Of a DNA stretch of 64,000 bases, positions 45,906 to 55,585 are shown one piece after another; position 1 is the first letter of the stretch; every line of letters starts with the position of its first letter. Location of the stretch: IMG/VR virus record IMGVR_UViG_3300028048_000122; one strand, given 5' to 3'. The notes under the pieces were generated by a model. It was not told the origin of the DNA, did not search any database, and worked only from the letters and a program-made list of their open reading frames with translations. Made by a program: the position numbers and the translations under genes. The stretch comes from a virus (taxonomy: Duplodnaviria; Heunggongvirae; Uroviricota; Caudoviricetes).

Positions 45906-47267
45906 ATGAATACCGCAGTGGCTTACAAATTATGTGGAACAAACGAGAGTAAGATACAGCGCCGTAAAGAAACTGAAGAGAAAAAATATGGAGACTCAAG
46001 ACTGCTTAATGTTTACAAGAATATATTTGCGAACATTAAAAAAGCTAAAGGATGGTACAAAGTAGCATTCGAAGAGTGGATGAATGATAAGTCCCTCGAA
46101 GTAAAAGCTACTGACCGTGGTCCCATAATGTATTGGCTGCAGGAAAATGATAACATCATTTCTCGTCCAGTAACTCCAGGAAACTCTACGGATGAAACAA
46201 TTCCGCATACGGTACCACTCGAGTATAAATACGTAGACGCTTCTACCAAGCGCAAGATGGCCGCTGACGCGATATGTTTTCGTCAAGTGCAAGGAGCTAA
46301 CAAAGAAAGAATAGTCAGCGCTATTAGTCAGGGGAAACAAACAAGAAGCAAGTGGTCTGAACTATTCGCTGTTTCCGAGTTCCTAATAACCCGCGGCGCA
46401 AAAAAAGCATGGATATATACCCGCCCATTGGAAATGGCCTCCATGACTAATGTTTCTATAGATAAAGTTATGGACGTATTGATCGACTTATACGAAGCAA
46501 AAGTGTTGGCATTACGAGAATTTGACCGTTCTCTCGACGGAGAATCTTCACGAACTAAGTCCATATGTCGTATAGCTAACACGGATCAAGAGTTCGAAGA
46601 CTTTATGGCTATTCCCCTAAGTCAAATAGACAGCGTAGGCGTAGAGAAGAAACGACGCGCAAGTAGAAGCAATAAACTGGCAGACGATGCCATAGAGGCC
46701 GCCGCGAAAGCTATAGAACAAGAAACTTTTGCGGAGGAAAGTATAATATCTACAGAAAAAACCGTGGACATTGAAACACCTTCTATGTCTCAATATGTGG
46801 CAGATGAAAACGTCAAAAAAGCCTTCGATGCTATTATAGAACAAAGCATGAAAGCCTTCACGAAAGATATAGAAAAAGAACTATCTACTATAACAAAGGG
46901 ATATAAAGATAAAATAGCCGAAAAAAATAGTCAGATTACTGAACAATCTATAGAAACTGCCGACCTTCGCGATGAAGTGAAAAGACTTCAAGCGGAATTA
47001 GAGAAGTCCAAGAAGATGCAGAAGAAGCTAATAGAGTTTAATGACGGCATGATAGCCGCTGCGCAGGATGCGATGTTCACCTTTACGGGCGAAATATCCG
47101 GGATTGTAAAGAAATACGCCGAAGCTGCGCTAAGGGATAGAACCTTATTAGCTGATAAGGCGAAGGTTAATAATCTGTCCGGTCAAATAATTAAGGCCGC
47201 GGGAATAATCAGCGACAGTATGACGCAGTATAAAAAAGATGTATTCCCGCCGGCCGAAAAAGCATAA
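45906..47267 (+). CDS. hypothetical protein with C-terminal coiled coil
   Basis: GGAGAGGAGAGG RBS. Confidence 0.5.
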   Translation: MNTAVAYKLCGTNESKIQRRKETEEKKYGDSRLLNVYKNIFANIKKAKGWYKVAFEEWMNDKSLEVKATDRGPIMYWLQENDNIISRPVTPGNSTDETIPHTVPLEYKYVDASTKRKMAADAICFRQVQGANKERIVSAISQGKQTRSKWSELFAVSEFLITRGAKKAWIYTRPLEMASMTNVSIDKVMDVLIDLYEAKVLALREFDRSLDGESSRTKSICRIANTDQEFEDFMAIPLSQIDSVGVEKKRRASRSNKLADDAIEAAAKAIEQETFAEESIISTEKTVDIETPSMSQYVADENVKKAFDAIIEQSMKAFTKDIEKELSTITKGYKDKIAEKNSQITEQSIETADLRDEVKRLQAELEKSKKMQKKLIEFNDGMIAAAQDAMFTFTGEISGIVKKYAEAALRDRTLLADKAKVNNLSGQIIKAAGIISDSMTQYKKDVFPPAEKA

Positions 47268-47273
47268 AGTATT

Positions 47274-47300
47274 ACGGCCCGCTATAATAGCGGGCCTTTT
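47274..47300 (+). terminator. intrinsic terminator
   Basis: GGCCCGCTA-TAA-TAGCGGGCC followed by TTTTAT. Confidence 0.6.
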
Positions 47301-47315
47301 ATAAAGGATGGAAAC

Positions 47316-49187
47316 ATGAAATTATTTGAAACGCAAGAACTGGAAAACGGCAAATTGCTGGTAACATTTAAGGGCAAGCCCAATATGCGTAAGTATTATA
47401 ATGAGTTTATGAGCCTAATGTATAAGCTTCCCGAAGAACCCGAACTGGATATCGTTTCCCGCGGCCTGATTATCGACCCTCGCTACCTGTCTTACGTCGA
47501 AGACATTGATGTCAAGGCTTTTCCCAAGAAGAAAACCATGAAGGAAAAGATGGCGACATTAGTTAAGACTAATAAGAAGAAGGAAGTCACCGGATGGGAA
47601 TCTATAGGGCAGGGCATGAAGCTCCAGCCATATGATTATCAGAAACAGATAGTCAAGTTCATCGTGGACGCTCATGGTGACAACAGCCACGACACGCTTA
47701 TTATAGCACCCTGCGGAGCGGGCAAGACGCCCAGTCTATTAGCCGCATATCTTGAATGTCATAATCGCGGCATTATAGAAGGCCCCGGCATGATTGTAGT
47801 GAAGGCTTCGCTTAAGACTCAATGGGCAAAAGAAGTAAAAAAGTTTACCGACCTTGTTCCGAAAGTCATTAAGACTTATAAGGATTGCGTAGGCAGGGAA
47901 GAAGCTATGCTTGCGCGCCGCGAAAAGAAATTGGAAACGGCTTTCGGCGAAGGCAAAAGAGAGATAGAAGAAGAGATCAAAGATCTTAAACGTATTATTA
48001 AAGATAAATTTAAGAAACAGTTTGAAGGCGCTGATCTCTATATTCTGAACTACGAAACTCTGAATGACGAAAAGGTTCAGAAGGCAATGCTTAAAGTCGC
48101 GCCGCAATTCGTGGCTTCGGATGAGACGCAGTACGTGAAAGGCGCCGGCAATAAGCGTTCCAAATCTCTGGCTAAGTTTAATAGCGCCAAGGTAAAGATA
48201 GGCGCTACGGCTACTCCGGTACAAAGAGACCCCCGAGATATTTACGGTATTTTTAAGTTCGTGCATCCGGAACTGTTTAAGACGGCTAAGGACTTTAATG
48301 CCTTATACGTCCGTTACGGTTATGGCTATCAAGTAATCGGTGCCAAGAATGAAAAGCAGCTTAACCAAAAGATAGATCCATATATGTTTATCTTAACCAA
48401 GGAAGAAGTATCTTCTCACCTGCCTAAACTGGTAGTATCCCAAAGATACTGTGATTTCTCGCCGGAACAGGCTGAAGCTAATCAGGCCATGATGGATGAA
48501 CTAGAGGAACTTAACGATAAGATTATGGCCATATCGCGCGGCAAATCTGAAGAAGCCCTTAAAAATAATCAGGAATACCTGGAAACACAGATGGCCGTTC
48601 AAGCACGCCAGACCTTTCTACAGGAACTTACTCTCTCGGAAGAGCTGTTAAAGAGTGCTCCTAGTGAGATAGCCAAAAAGCTGATTACCGGCGCACCCAG
48701 CGAAAAATTGGAAGTACTGAAAGATATGGTAGAAGAAATCATCGAGTCTGGCGAGAAAGTATGTATTTTCTCCCGCTTCGCTAAAATGCAGGAGATTATC
48801 ACAGAAGCTATCCATTCCGTGCCGGCACTTAAAAACGTGGGCATAGCCTACATTCGCGGCGAATTGTCATCCGAACGCCGTTACGAAGAAGCTTATGATA
48901 AATTCCGCGATAACGATGAATATAAAGTGCTCCTCTGCTCAGATGCTGGCGCCGAAGGCTTGAATCTTTCATTGTGTAAATACATGATAGAGATGGAGCC
49001 TGCCGTAAGCTACGCTATTCAGACCCAACGTCATGGAAGACTGGAACGCGCCGACAGCGTGCATGATACCGTATTCGTTACTCAGCTTATCACTGAAGGT
49101 AGCTGGGACGAAATCATGATGAAGAGTATAGCTAAGAAAGAGAAATACGACGGAAGTATCATTCACGGGCTCATCGAGGCCGAATGA
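47316..49187 (+). CDS. SNF2/DEAD-like superfamily-2 helicase
   Basis: DEXDc motifs (APCGAGKT, DETQ), HELICc (SDAGAEGLNL, QRHGRLER). Confidence 0.75.
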   Translation: MKLFETQELENGKLLVTFKGKPNMRKYYNEFMSLMYKLPEEPELDIVSRGLIIDPRYLSYVEDIDVKAFPKKKTMKEKMATLVKTNKKKEVTGWESIGQGMKLQPYDYQKQIVKFIVDAHGDNSHDTLIIAPCGAGKTPSLLAAYLECHNRGIIEGPGMIVVKASLKTQWAKEVKKFTDLVPKVIKTYKDCVGREEAMLARREKKLETAFGEGKREIEEEIKDLKRIIKDKFKKQFEGADLYILNYETLNDEKVQKAMLKVAPQFVASDETQYVKGAGNKRSKSLAKFNSAKVKIGATATPVQRDPRDIYGIFKFVHPELFKTAKDFNALYVRYGYGYQVIGAKNEKQLNQKIDPYMFILTKEEVSSHLPKLVVSQRYCDFSPEQAEANQAMMDELEELNDKIMAISRGKSEEALKNNQEYLETQMAVQARQTFLQELTLSEELLKSAPSEIAKKLITGAPSEKLEVLKDMVEEIIESGEKVCIFSRFAKMQEIITEAIHSVPALKNVGIAYIRGELSSERRYEEAYDKFRDNDEYKVLLCSDAGAEGLNLSLCKYMIEMEPAVSYAIQTQRHGRLERADSVHDTVFVTQLITEGSWDEIMMKSIAKKEKYDGSIIHGLIEAE

Positions 49188-49199
49188 GGAAGGAAAATA

Positions 49200-49697
49200 A
49201 TGAAAATAACAATTAATGGCCATGAACTCAACTACTCTGGCTCGGGAAATATATCCATCAATGGTAACAATGTAGTAATTAACGGCCAGACTGTCAACGG
49301 TGAATTCATAGACGGCAAGTTCATTGATATTTATGTCGAGGGCAACGTAGACAACATCGAAACGACCGGTTCCGTAGCTGTCAATGGCAACGTAAACCAT
49401 GTAGATGCCGGCGGAAGTGTTCGAGTTAGCGGTGACGCTGTTGATGTTGATGCTGGTGGCAGCGTACATGTTGAAGGCCAGGTGCATGGCGATATCAACG
49501 CGGGCGGAAATGTACATTGTGAAGAATTCAAATCATCTCAAACAGACGATCGGCGGTATTACGAAGAGCTCATTAAGGATGCTTATGAGAGTGAAAAGGG
49601 CTTAGAAACCGTAGAGGAAGGCGCACACTTTACGGATACGCTTCGAGCCCTGCTTGGTATAAAGCCGGGCAATAAGAAACGGGGTGACAGAATATGA
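49200..49697 (+). CDS. bactofilin-like beta-helical repeat protein
   Basis: Repeats V.GNV..I...GSV.V.G.V..VDAGGSV.V.G.V.GDINAGGNV resemble bactofilin/DUF583 winds. Confidence 0.4.
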   Translation: MKITINGHELNYSGSGNISINGNNVVINGQTVNGEFIDGKFIDIYVEGNVDNIETTGSVAVNGNVNHVDAGGSVRVSGDAVDVDAGGSVHVEGQVHGDINAGGNVHCEEFKSSQTDDRRYYEELIKDAYESEKGLETVEEGAHFTDTLRALLGIKPGNKKRGDRI

Positions 49698-50125
49698 AAA
49701 CTTGGACATCGCCTAAAGGCGACTACTTAACTCCTGGCGGAGATCCCTTGTATATGTGTCCCGTATGTGGCGAAGAAAGCAAAGAATCGTGGCACGTATA
49801 TGGAATAGAGTCGCCGGAAGCTAGAATGGACAAATGCCCGCATTGCGGTGAGCCATTAAGATATCCTGGAGGATGGATAACCGGCGCCGAAATGGAGCCA
49901 GATAAAGTATACAGAGTAACCAAAGGCAACACTGATGGCAGTGTATTCAAAGGCGATCTGCTTTATATTGACAAAAATGATGGCCGGTTAGTATGTAACA
50001 CTTGTGGATGGCTCGATAAAGAAGACCTTGCCCCAGCTATTATGGACTTTGAATGCGTGTTGGCAAAAGATTACGAAGTATACCGAGAACGCTGGAGTAT
50101 TGGGATAAGAAAAGTTGCCAGATAG
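49694..50125 (+). CDS. Zn-ribbon protein
   Basis: CPVCG...CPHCG...CNTCG; TAG stop. Confidence 0.5.
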   Translation: MKTWTSPKGDYLTPGGDPLYMCPVCGEESKESWHVYGIESPEARMDKCPHCGEPLRYPGGWITGAEMEPDKVYRVTKGNTDGSVFKGDLLYIDKNDGRLVCNTCGWLDKEDLAPAIMDFECVLAKDYEVYRERWSIGIRKVAR

Positions 50126-50136
50126 GGGGATTTGGT

Positions 50137-52053
50137 ATGACAAGAGAAGAACATCTGTCCGCCATCAGAAAGGCTGACACTGAATACTATGATTTAGACA
50201 ATCCTACATTGTCTGATGCAGAGTATGACGAACTTCGCCGTAGTTATATCGACCAGTACGGTGCCGAGGATTTGAACTATGTTCCTGGCGGTGTGGCAGA
50301 TGGTTTTGAAAAATTCCGGCACCCGACACCAGTCACCTCTTTGGGCAAATGGACTAAGGGCGTAGATGATGAAGCTGACCTGAAGAAGCAGATTGAAAAG
50401 CTGTGGCCGGTAGAGATACAGCCAAAGTATGATGGCCTCACGGTGGTGGCTTACCCTAATGCTGATGGCTCATGCCGTTTCGTTACCCGAGGTTTGGGCG
50501 GCAAAATTGGTGAAGTCCTGCCGAACTTTATCCCTGCGTATGAGGGGGCGGGAGTTAATAATAGCGATTATGCTATTAGGGGCGAAGTGTTCATTACCCC
50601 GGCAGATTTTGATACCCTTAACAGCGCATTGAAGCATTACGGTGAAGAACCGATGAAGAATATGCGTAATGCTGCAGCAGGTCTTTTGCGTCGCAAAGAA
50701 CGCAGTCCATATCTGCACCTGCTAAGCTATATCGTTTATGATCTGCCGGGCCAGGATATGACTCCTGCAGAAATGCGCGAGATTATTTCCGAACAGACTA
50801 AGTTTACGTTTACCGATGGCTTTAGCTTCGATACGGCTGAGCAGACCATTGAAGGTGTAGGGCAAATTTACAATGATATCAATAGCTTGCAGGTTTATCC
50901 GATTGACGGCATTGTTGTTAAGAGCTGCCAGAAAAACTCTGGCTATCGGTTCGGAAATACGGCTCACCATCCGCGTAATGCCGTGGCGATTAAACCCGGC
51001 CGAACTGTATTCACTACGGTGGTTCGCGATGTTATTTGGCAGATGGGGCGCTCTAAAGCTACGCCCGTAGCCATCGTAGACCCTGTAGAAATTGATGGCG
51101 CCACCGTAACCAAGGCGTCCTTGCATAATGCAGAGCAGATTAAAAAGCTAGGGCTTAAGATTGGTGCGAAGGTAACTATCTATAAAGCCAACGAAATTAT
51201 CCCGCAGATTGGTGAAGTGCTTGAACAGGGCGATAAGGACATTATTTTAGATGTATGTCCCGCATGTGGCGGCCCACTAAAAGAAGTCAATGGTCAGCAA
51301 TTCTGTACAAATCCTGACTGCACTGAACGTATCGCACAAGACATTGCGTTCTTGGGTCAGAAAGATGTACTGGATATTCCTGGCCTGTCTATTCAGACTG
51401 CTCGTAAGATTGTGGAGAAATATCCTAAGCTCATAGAGAATTATAAGCAATATGCTATTTTTGTTATGGAAGCATCGGAATTTACTGTTTTACCTGGGTT
51501 TGCACAGAAATCTGGAAGTAAGCTTTATAACACTATCCAGAAAACTATTGCGGCTACGGAGTTCTCACATTTTATCAAAGCGCTTTGTGTTCCTGGTATT
51601 GGTCAACATGTAGGCCAGAAATTACAGGAATACTTTGGCTCCGTAGACGATATCTTCAATACTATTTTTGTGACGAAAGACCGTGATGAACTGCTTTGTG
51701 TTGACGGCCTCGGCCCAATGACTGTAAGTGCTCTTCTTAGTGAACAGTTCAGCGATAATTGGGACAGACTGATAGATATTGGTTTTTGCCCGATTATCGA
51801 GAAGAAAAAAGAAGCTCCAGCTGGAGAGTTTGTGAATAAGGTGTTTGTATTGACAGGCAAGATGGAGCACCCACGCAGCTATTATGAGGAGCTTATTGCT
51901 AAGGCGGGCGCGAAGACTAGCTCTGGAGTAAGCAAGTCCACGGATTATCTGGTTATCGCAGATGTTAACAGTCAGAGTTCCAAGGCCAAGAAGGCTCGTG
52001 AATTGGGAACCAAACTGATTTCTCCCGAAGAGTTGGAGGAAATGCTGGAATGA
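50137..52053 (+). CDS. ligA: NAD-dependent DNA ligase LigA
   Basis: Ia domain (YYDLDNPTLSDAEYD), KxDG adenylation motif (KYDGLTVV), OB fold, C4 Zn finger (CPACGG...C..C), HhH, C-terminal BRCT. Confidence 0.85.
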   Translation: MTREEHLSAIRKADTEYYDLDNPTLSDAEYDELRRSYIDQYGAEDLNYVPGGVADGFEKFRHPTPVTSLGKWTKGVDDEADLKKQIEKLWPVEIQPKYDGLTVVAYPNADGSCRFVTRGLGGKIGEVLPNFIPAYEGAGVNNSDYAIRGEVFITPADFDTLNSALKHYGEEPMKNMRNAAAGLLRRKERSPYLHLLSYIVYDLPGQDMTPAEMREIISEQTKFTFTDGFSFDTAEQTIEGVGQIYNDINSLQVYPIDGIVVKSCQKNSGYRFGNTAHHPRNAVAIKPGRTVFTTVVRDVIWQMGRSKATPVAIVDPVEIDGATVTKASLHNAEQIKKLGLKIGAKVTIYKANEIIPQIGEVLEQGDKDIILDVCPACGGPLKEVNGQQFCTNPDCTERIAQDIAFLGQKDVLDIPGLSIQTARKIVEKYPKLIENYKQYAIFVMEASEFTVLPGFAQKSGSKLYNTIQKTIAATEFSHFIKALCVPGIGQHVGQKLQEYFGSVDDIFNTIFVTKDRDELLCVDGLGPMTVSALLSEQFSDNWDRLIDIGFCPIIEKKKEAPAGEFVNKVFVLTGKMEHPRSYYEELIAKAGAKTSSGVSKSTDYLVIADVNSQSSKAKKARELGTKLISPEELEEMLE

Positions 52054-52281
52054 TTAAGTCGTGGAAAACGCGCGCCAGGCTAGACATCTTAAAATTTAAG
52101 AAAAGAAAAGGTCCCTTGTGGGATTCAGCCGTAACCGCTATAGCAATAGGTGCAAGACAGGCGATAGCTCATAATCGGCCGCCTCTTTATGTTCATATAA
52201 AAACGAAACGCAGAAGAGCTTATATTGCTGCGCGGATATTGCTAACCGGTTATGCTCATGAAGTTTGGAAGGGATATTGAA

Positions 52282-52725
52282 ATGAGTGATATCATAGACG
52301 AGAAAAAAGACTCTTTTATACATATCAGATGTTGCGGGCTGGAAACTGATGGGTATATCGCAGATTATAAACAGAAAATAAAAAGATTGCCTCGTAATTT
52401 TCACGAGCAGAATCTGTTTGTCGATCATTGTAGAGCAATTGCTCTCTGTATTCCCAAGTGGATGAGCAAAAAAGGCCCGAGGCACAAAGAACTCTTTGTC
52501 TATCAGCAAAATCAAAACGGTTTATTGTTTGAAGTATTTGATGCTGGCAAAGAAAACTGTTCTGCTTATTTTCCGGAGATAGAATATTTTACTAACCCGT
52601 ATTCACCCAAAAGCTGGGAGTGGTATATCAAACGAGGTTTAAAGACAGGGGCTTTAAAAAGAATCAAAGGATTAAATCATACTTATTGGTACTGTGGTAA
52701 CGCTCAGGGGAAGCAAAAAGCTTAG
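52282..52725 (+). CDS. hypothetical protein
   Basis: ORF; GGAAGGGATATTGAAATG. Confidence 0.45.
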   Translation: MSDIIDEKKDSFIHIRCCGLETDGYIADYKQKIKRLPRNFHEQNLFVDHCRAIALCIPKWMSKKGPRHKELFVYQQNQNGLLFEVFDAGKENCSAYFPEIEYFTNPYSPKSWEWYIKRGLKTGALKRIKGLNHTYWYCGNAQGKQKA

Positions 52726-52741
52726 GAGGAAATACCAAAAA

Positions 52742-52939
52742 ATGACCGAGTGGAAATGGATTAGGTGGCCTCGAAGATGCGGAAAACTTAGCATACTTTT
52801 GGCAGAACTCAAAGAGTACGAATATCTTCGACAACTGCAGCCAACATTATTTACGCCGCGTAACTTCTACGCGACAGATATGAGGATACCGTTAGAACGC
52901 AAAGCGTTAACTGACTTGGCTTTTAAGAATTGGTGGTGA
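52742..52939 (+). CDS. hypothetical small protein
   Basis: TAGGAGG RBS. Confidence 0.4.
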   Translation: MTEWKWIRWPRRCGKLSILLAELKEYEYLRQLQPTLFTPRNFYATDMRIPLERKALTDLAFKNWW

Positions 52940-52946
52940 TACTGAA

Positions 52947-53705
52947 ATGAACTACTGGAATGCTAGACAACAGAATGCCGCCCGTGCACAGAGACGGACG
53001 GAAGAATTTGAAGCTAACTCTACTCCAGCCATGAGTCGTGCTTTGGCCAACACGGTTACGTATGGCGGCAAGAATAAAAAACCTGCGTATATACTGAATA
53101 CCAGCCCCTATGCGGATTTTGAAGTCGTACAGATGTCTACGACCGAAGCCATCTACGAGCTTGGTCATAATGATTGTATCGCGCTGAACTTCGCATCATA
53201 TAAGAATCCGGGTGGCGCTTTCTTGAAAGGTTCCTGCGCTCAGGAAGAATCGCTCTGCCACGAAAGCTGGCTATATAATATTCTGGCTCGGCAGACCGAC
53301 TATTATGACTGGAACAAGAAGCATCTGAACCGCGGGCTTTATCAAGACCGCGCTCTTTATACTCCTAACGTAGAGTTTGAACACGATGGCAAACGAGCCG
53401 TAGCTGATATCCTTACTTGCGCAGCGCCCAATCGTAGCATTATCGAGAAAGGATATACAAACTTTACTGAGGAAGAGAATAAGACGGCAATGATTGAGCG
53501 AATGGTTTTCATATCCCAGATTGTTTCTATGCATGCCCATAAAGATGTTCTCATTCTCGGCGCATGGGGATGTGGCGTATTCAAGCAAGACCCCAAATTT
53601 GTAGCAAGAATTATCCGCAATACGCCGTGGTATAATATCAATAAAGTTGTACTGGCGGTTATCGATAAGCCGACATATGAAATCTTTAAGAAGGTGTTTG
53701 CATGA
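52947..53705 (+). CDS. microbial PARG-like macrodomain protein (TIGR02452/DUF2263-type)
   Basis: NFASYKNPGGAFLKGSCAQEESLC matches the conserved PARG-like signature (AxxxPGGGxxxGxxAQEExLC). Confidence 0.55.
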   Translation: MNYWNARQQNAARAQRRTEEFEANSTPAMSRALANTVTYGGKNKKPAYILNTSPYADFEVVQMSTTEAIYELGHNDCIALNFASYKNPGGAFLKGSCAQEESLCHESWLYNILARQTDYYDWNKKHLNRGLYQDRALYTPNVEFEHDGKRAVADILTCAAPNRSIIEKGYTNFTEEENKTAMIERMVFISQIVSMHAHKDVLILGAWGCGVFKQDPKFVARIIRNTPWYNINKVVLAVIDKPTYEIFKKVFA

Positions 53706-54031
53706 CGGAACTTGAAAAACAGTTGGCTTATTTTCAAGGCCTAACAAAAAAATTGACTAGCAAAGATAAGCTGAAGGAGCTTAAAATTAAGCAATTGTCT
53801 AGAAATATTTTAGGCTGCCGCATCCGCTGTGATTATATGTATGATGTCTTTGATTCGACAGGCAAGACAGACGAAGCCGCCCGCTGTATGGTCGGCGTAT
53901 GCGGTACAGTCGAATTTATAGATGATGCTTGCCAGCTCCACGTAAAGTGGGATAACGGCAGTACACTGGCTTTGAATCCCGAATGCGATGAGTTTACTAT
54001 ACTGGAGGCCAGAGACGGTGAGAGTCGGTAA
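53702..54031 (+). CDS. hypothetical protein
   Basis: ORF overlapping upstream stop. Confidence 0.45.
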   Translation: MTELEKQLAYFQGLTKKLTSKDKLKELKIKQLSRNILGCRIRCDYMYDVFDSTGKTDEAARCMVGVCGTVEFIDDACQLHVKWDNGSTLALNPECDEFTILEARDGESR

Positions 54032-54239
54032 TACAATCATCAATCCAAAGCACGTATGCTACGCAGAGATAATTGAGAATAATGACTGGCTTGGTATTCA
54101 AGACGGCTACATTATTCAATGTAAACTGGACGATGGCAGGAAAATTAAAATAAAGGATTCAGACGGTAGAGGCTTTTCTCGCCTCGAAGCCGATGACGCT
54201 TTGGATGAAATTAACGACGCATTGGAGGCTGACGAATGA
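54018..54239 (+). CDS. hypothetical protein
   Basis: GTG start after GGAGGCC (uncertain). Confidence 0.35.
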   Translation: MRVGNTIINPKHVCYAEIIENNDWLGIQDGYIIQCKLDDGRKIKIKDSDGRGFSRLEADDALDEINDALEADE

Positions 54240-54679
54240 TGAAGTATTTATTTCTCGACATTGATGGCGTAATGAATTCTGCCGCTGACCGGTTTTCTAT
54301 AAAGCTCGTAAACAATGCTCCGTTTGAACGGCTCAAGAAAATTATTGACACTACCGGAGCTAAGATTATCCTGTCTTCTTCATGGCGACATGGATATGAG
54401 CACGGCACTTGCGATTTGCTGAAGCAGCGTTTGGCTGAATATGGTCTATCCATAGAAGACACAACGCCTATTAACAACAATAGGCGTGGAGAACAAATCC
54501 GGGAATGGCTTACGACACATGACTACGATGAAAATGTCGATACCTTTGTCATACTGGACGATGAAGACTTTGATATCTTGGCTCTCTATCCAGAGCAAAT
54601 GGTTAAGACAGATGAAATGATAGGACTGCAGGATTATCAAGTCTGGAAATGTATCGACAAATTAAATCGAAAAAAGTAG
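54236..54679 (+). CDS. HAD-superfamily phosphatase-like protein
   Basis: Motif I FLDIDGVMN, motif II SSSW, later DD; size of PNK-phosphatase/deoxyribonucleotidase type. Confidence 0.5.
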   Translation: MMKYLFLDIDGVMNSAADRFSIKLVNNAPFERLKKIIDTTGAKIILSSSWRHGYEHGTCDLLKQRLAEYGLSIEDTTPINNNRRGEQIREWLTTHDYDENVDTFVILDDEDFDILALYPEQMVKTDEMIGLQDYQVWKCIDKLNRKK

Positions 54680-54704
54680 TAAGAGATTTTTGGAGGAAGA
54701 ATGG

Positions 54705-55046
54705 ATGGCTATCAAACAGATTGCGAAGTGCGTCTACGAAGCGGATGAAGATACCACTCGGGAAGAATTAAAGGAAGCCGGTTGGATTTCGTCCGTCAAA
54801 CTTTCCCGCATGAAAGGTATATGGGCCGTCGCGTTATTGAAGCGCGATATCAATGGGCTTACGGCGGCAGGTTTGGAAATTCTCAGTTTTCATGGCGGCT
54901 ACAGTAAAAAGTATTATTATCACGAAGAGCAGGTTGTTCCTGTTCTAAAAGAGATGCAAAAGTTTCTCGATGAACATTGTGTGCGTTATGCGTGTGAAGC
55001 GCAGATGTGGCATGTCAGAGAATTTTGGAGGCAATATAATGGCTAA
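54705..55046 (+). CDS. hypothetical protein
   Basis: GGAGGAAG RBS. Confidence 0.45.
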   Translation: MAIKQIAKCVYEADEDTTREELKEAGWISSVKLSRMKGIWAVALLKRDINGLTAAGLEILSFHGGYSKKYYYHEEQVVPVLKEMQKFLDEHCVRYACEAQMWHVREFWRQYNG

Positions 55047-55536
55047 GATAAGAATCGCCGGTATTCAAGACGATTCCGTAGTAGATGGCGAGGGCATCCG
55101 TATGACCGTATTTAGCCAAGGCTGTCCTCATCATTGTTGTGGCTGTCACAACCCTGCTACTTGGGATAGTGAGGGCGGCTATGTAACTACTACAGAAGAA
55201 ATTCTGGAACAATATAAGAATAATCCACTTCTGGACGGCATGACGTTTAGTGGCGGCGAACCATTCATGCAGCCGATGATGTTTTTTGACCTGGCCAAAG
55301 AGGTTCACAAAATGGGTGGAAACATCTGGTGCTATACCGGCTACACATTAGAAGAGCTTCTGAAGTACACATATGGCCCGCACAGGATGCTGCTTGAGCA
55401 GATAGATGTACTGGTAGATGGTGAGTATAAAGAGACATTAAGAGATCTTACTCTCCAGTTCCGTGGCAGCAGTAATCAGCGTATCTGGGAACGTCATGGT
55501 GATATGTGGCAACTCTGGAAGCAGAACGTAGCCTGA
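55039..55536 (+). CDS. nrdG: anaerobic ribonucleoside-triphosphate reductase activating protein NrdG
   Basis: GCPHHCCGCHNPATW cluster motif, FSGGEPF; GGAGG RBS. Confidence 0.8.
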   Translation: MAKIRIAGIQDDSVVDGEGIRMTVFSQGCPHHCCGCHNPATWDSEGGYVTTTEEILEQYKNNPLLDGMTFSGGEPFMQPMMFFDLAKEVHKMGGNIWCYTGYTLEELLKYTYGPHRMLLEQIDVLVDGEYKETLRDLTLQFRGSSNQRIWERHGDMWQLWKQNVA

Positions 55537-55585
55537 TAGAAGCGCCCGTTTTCTCGGTAATATAAATGTATGTAAAACATTTATA

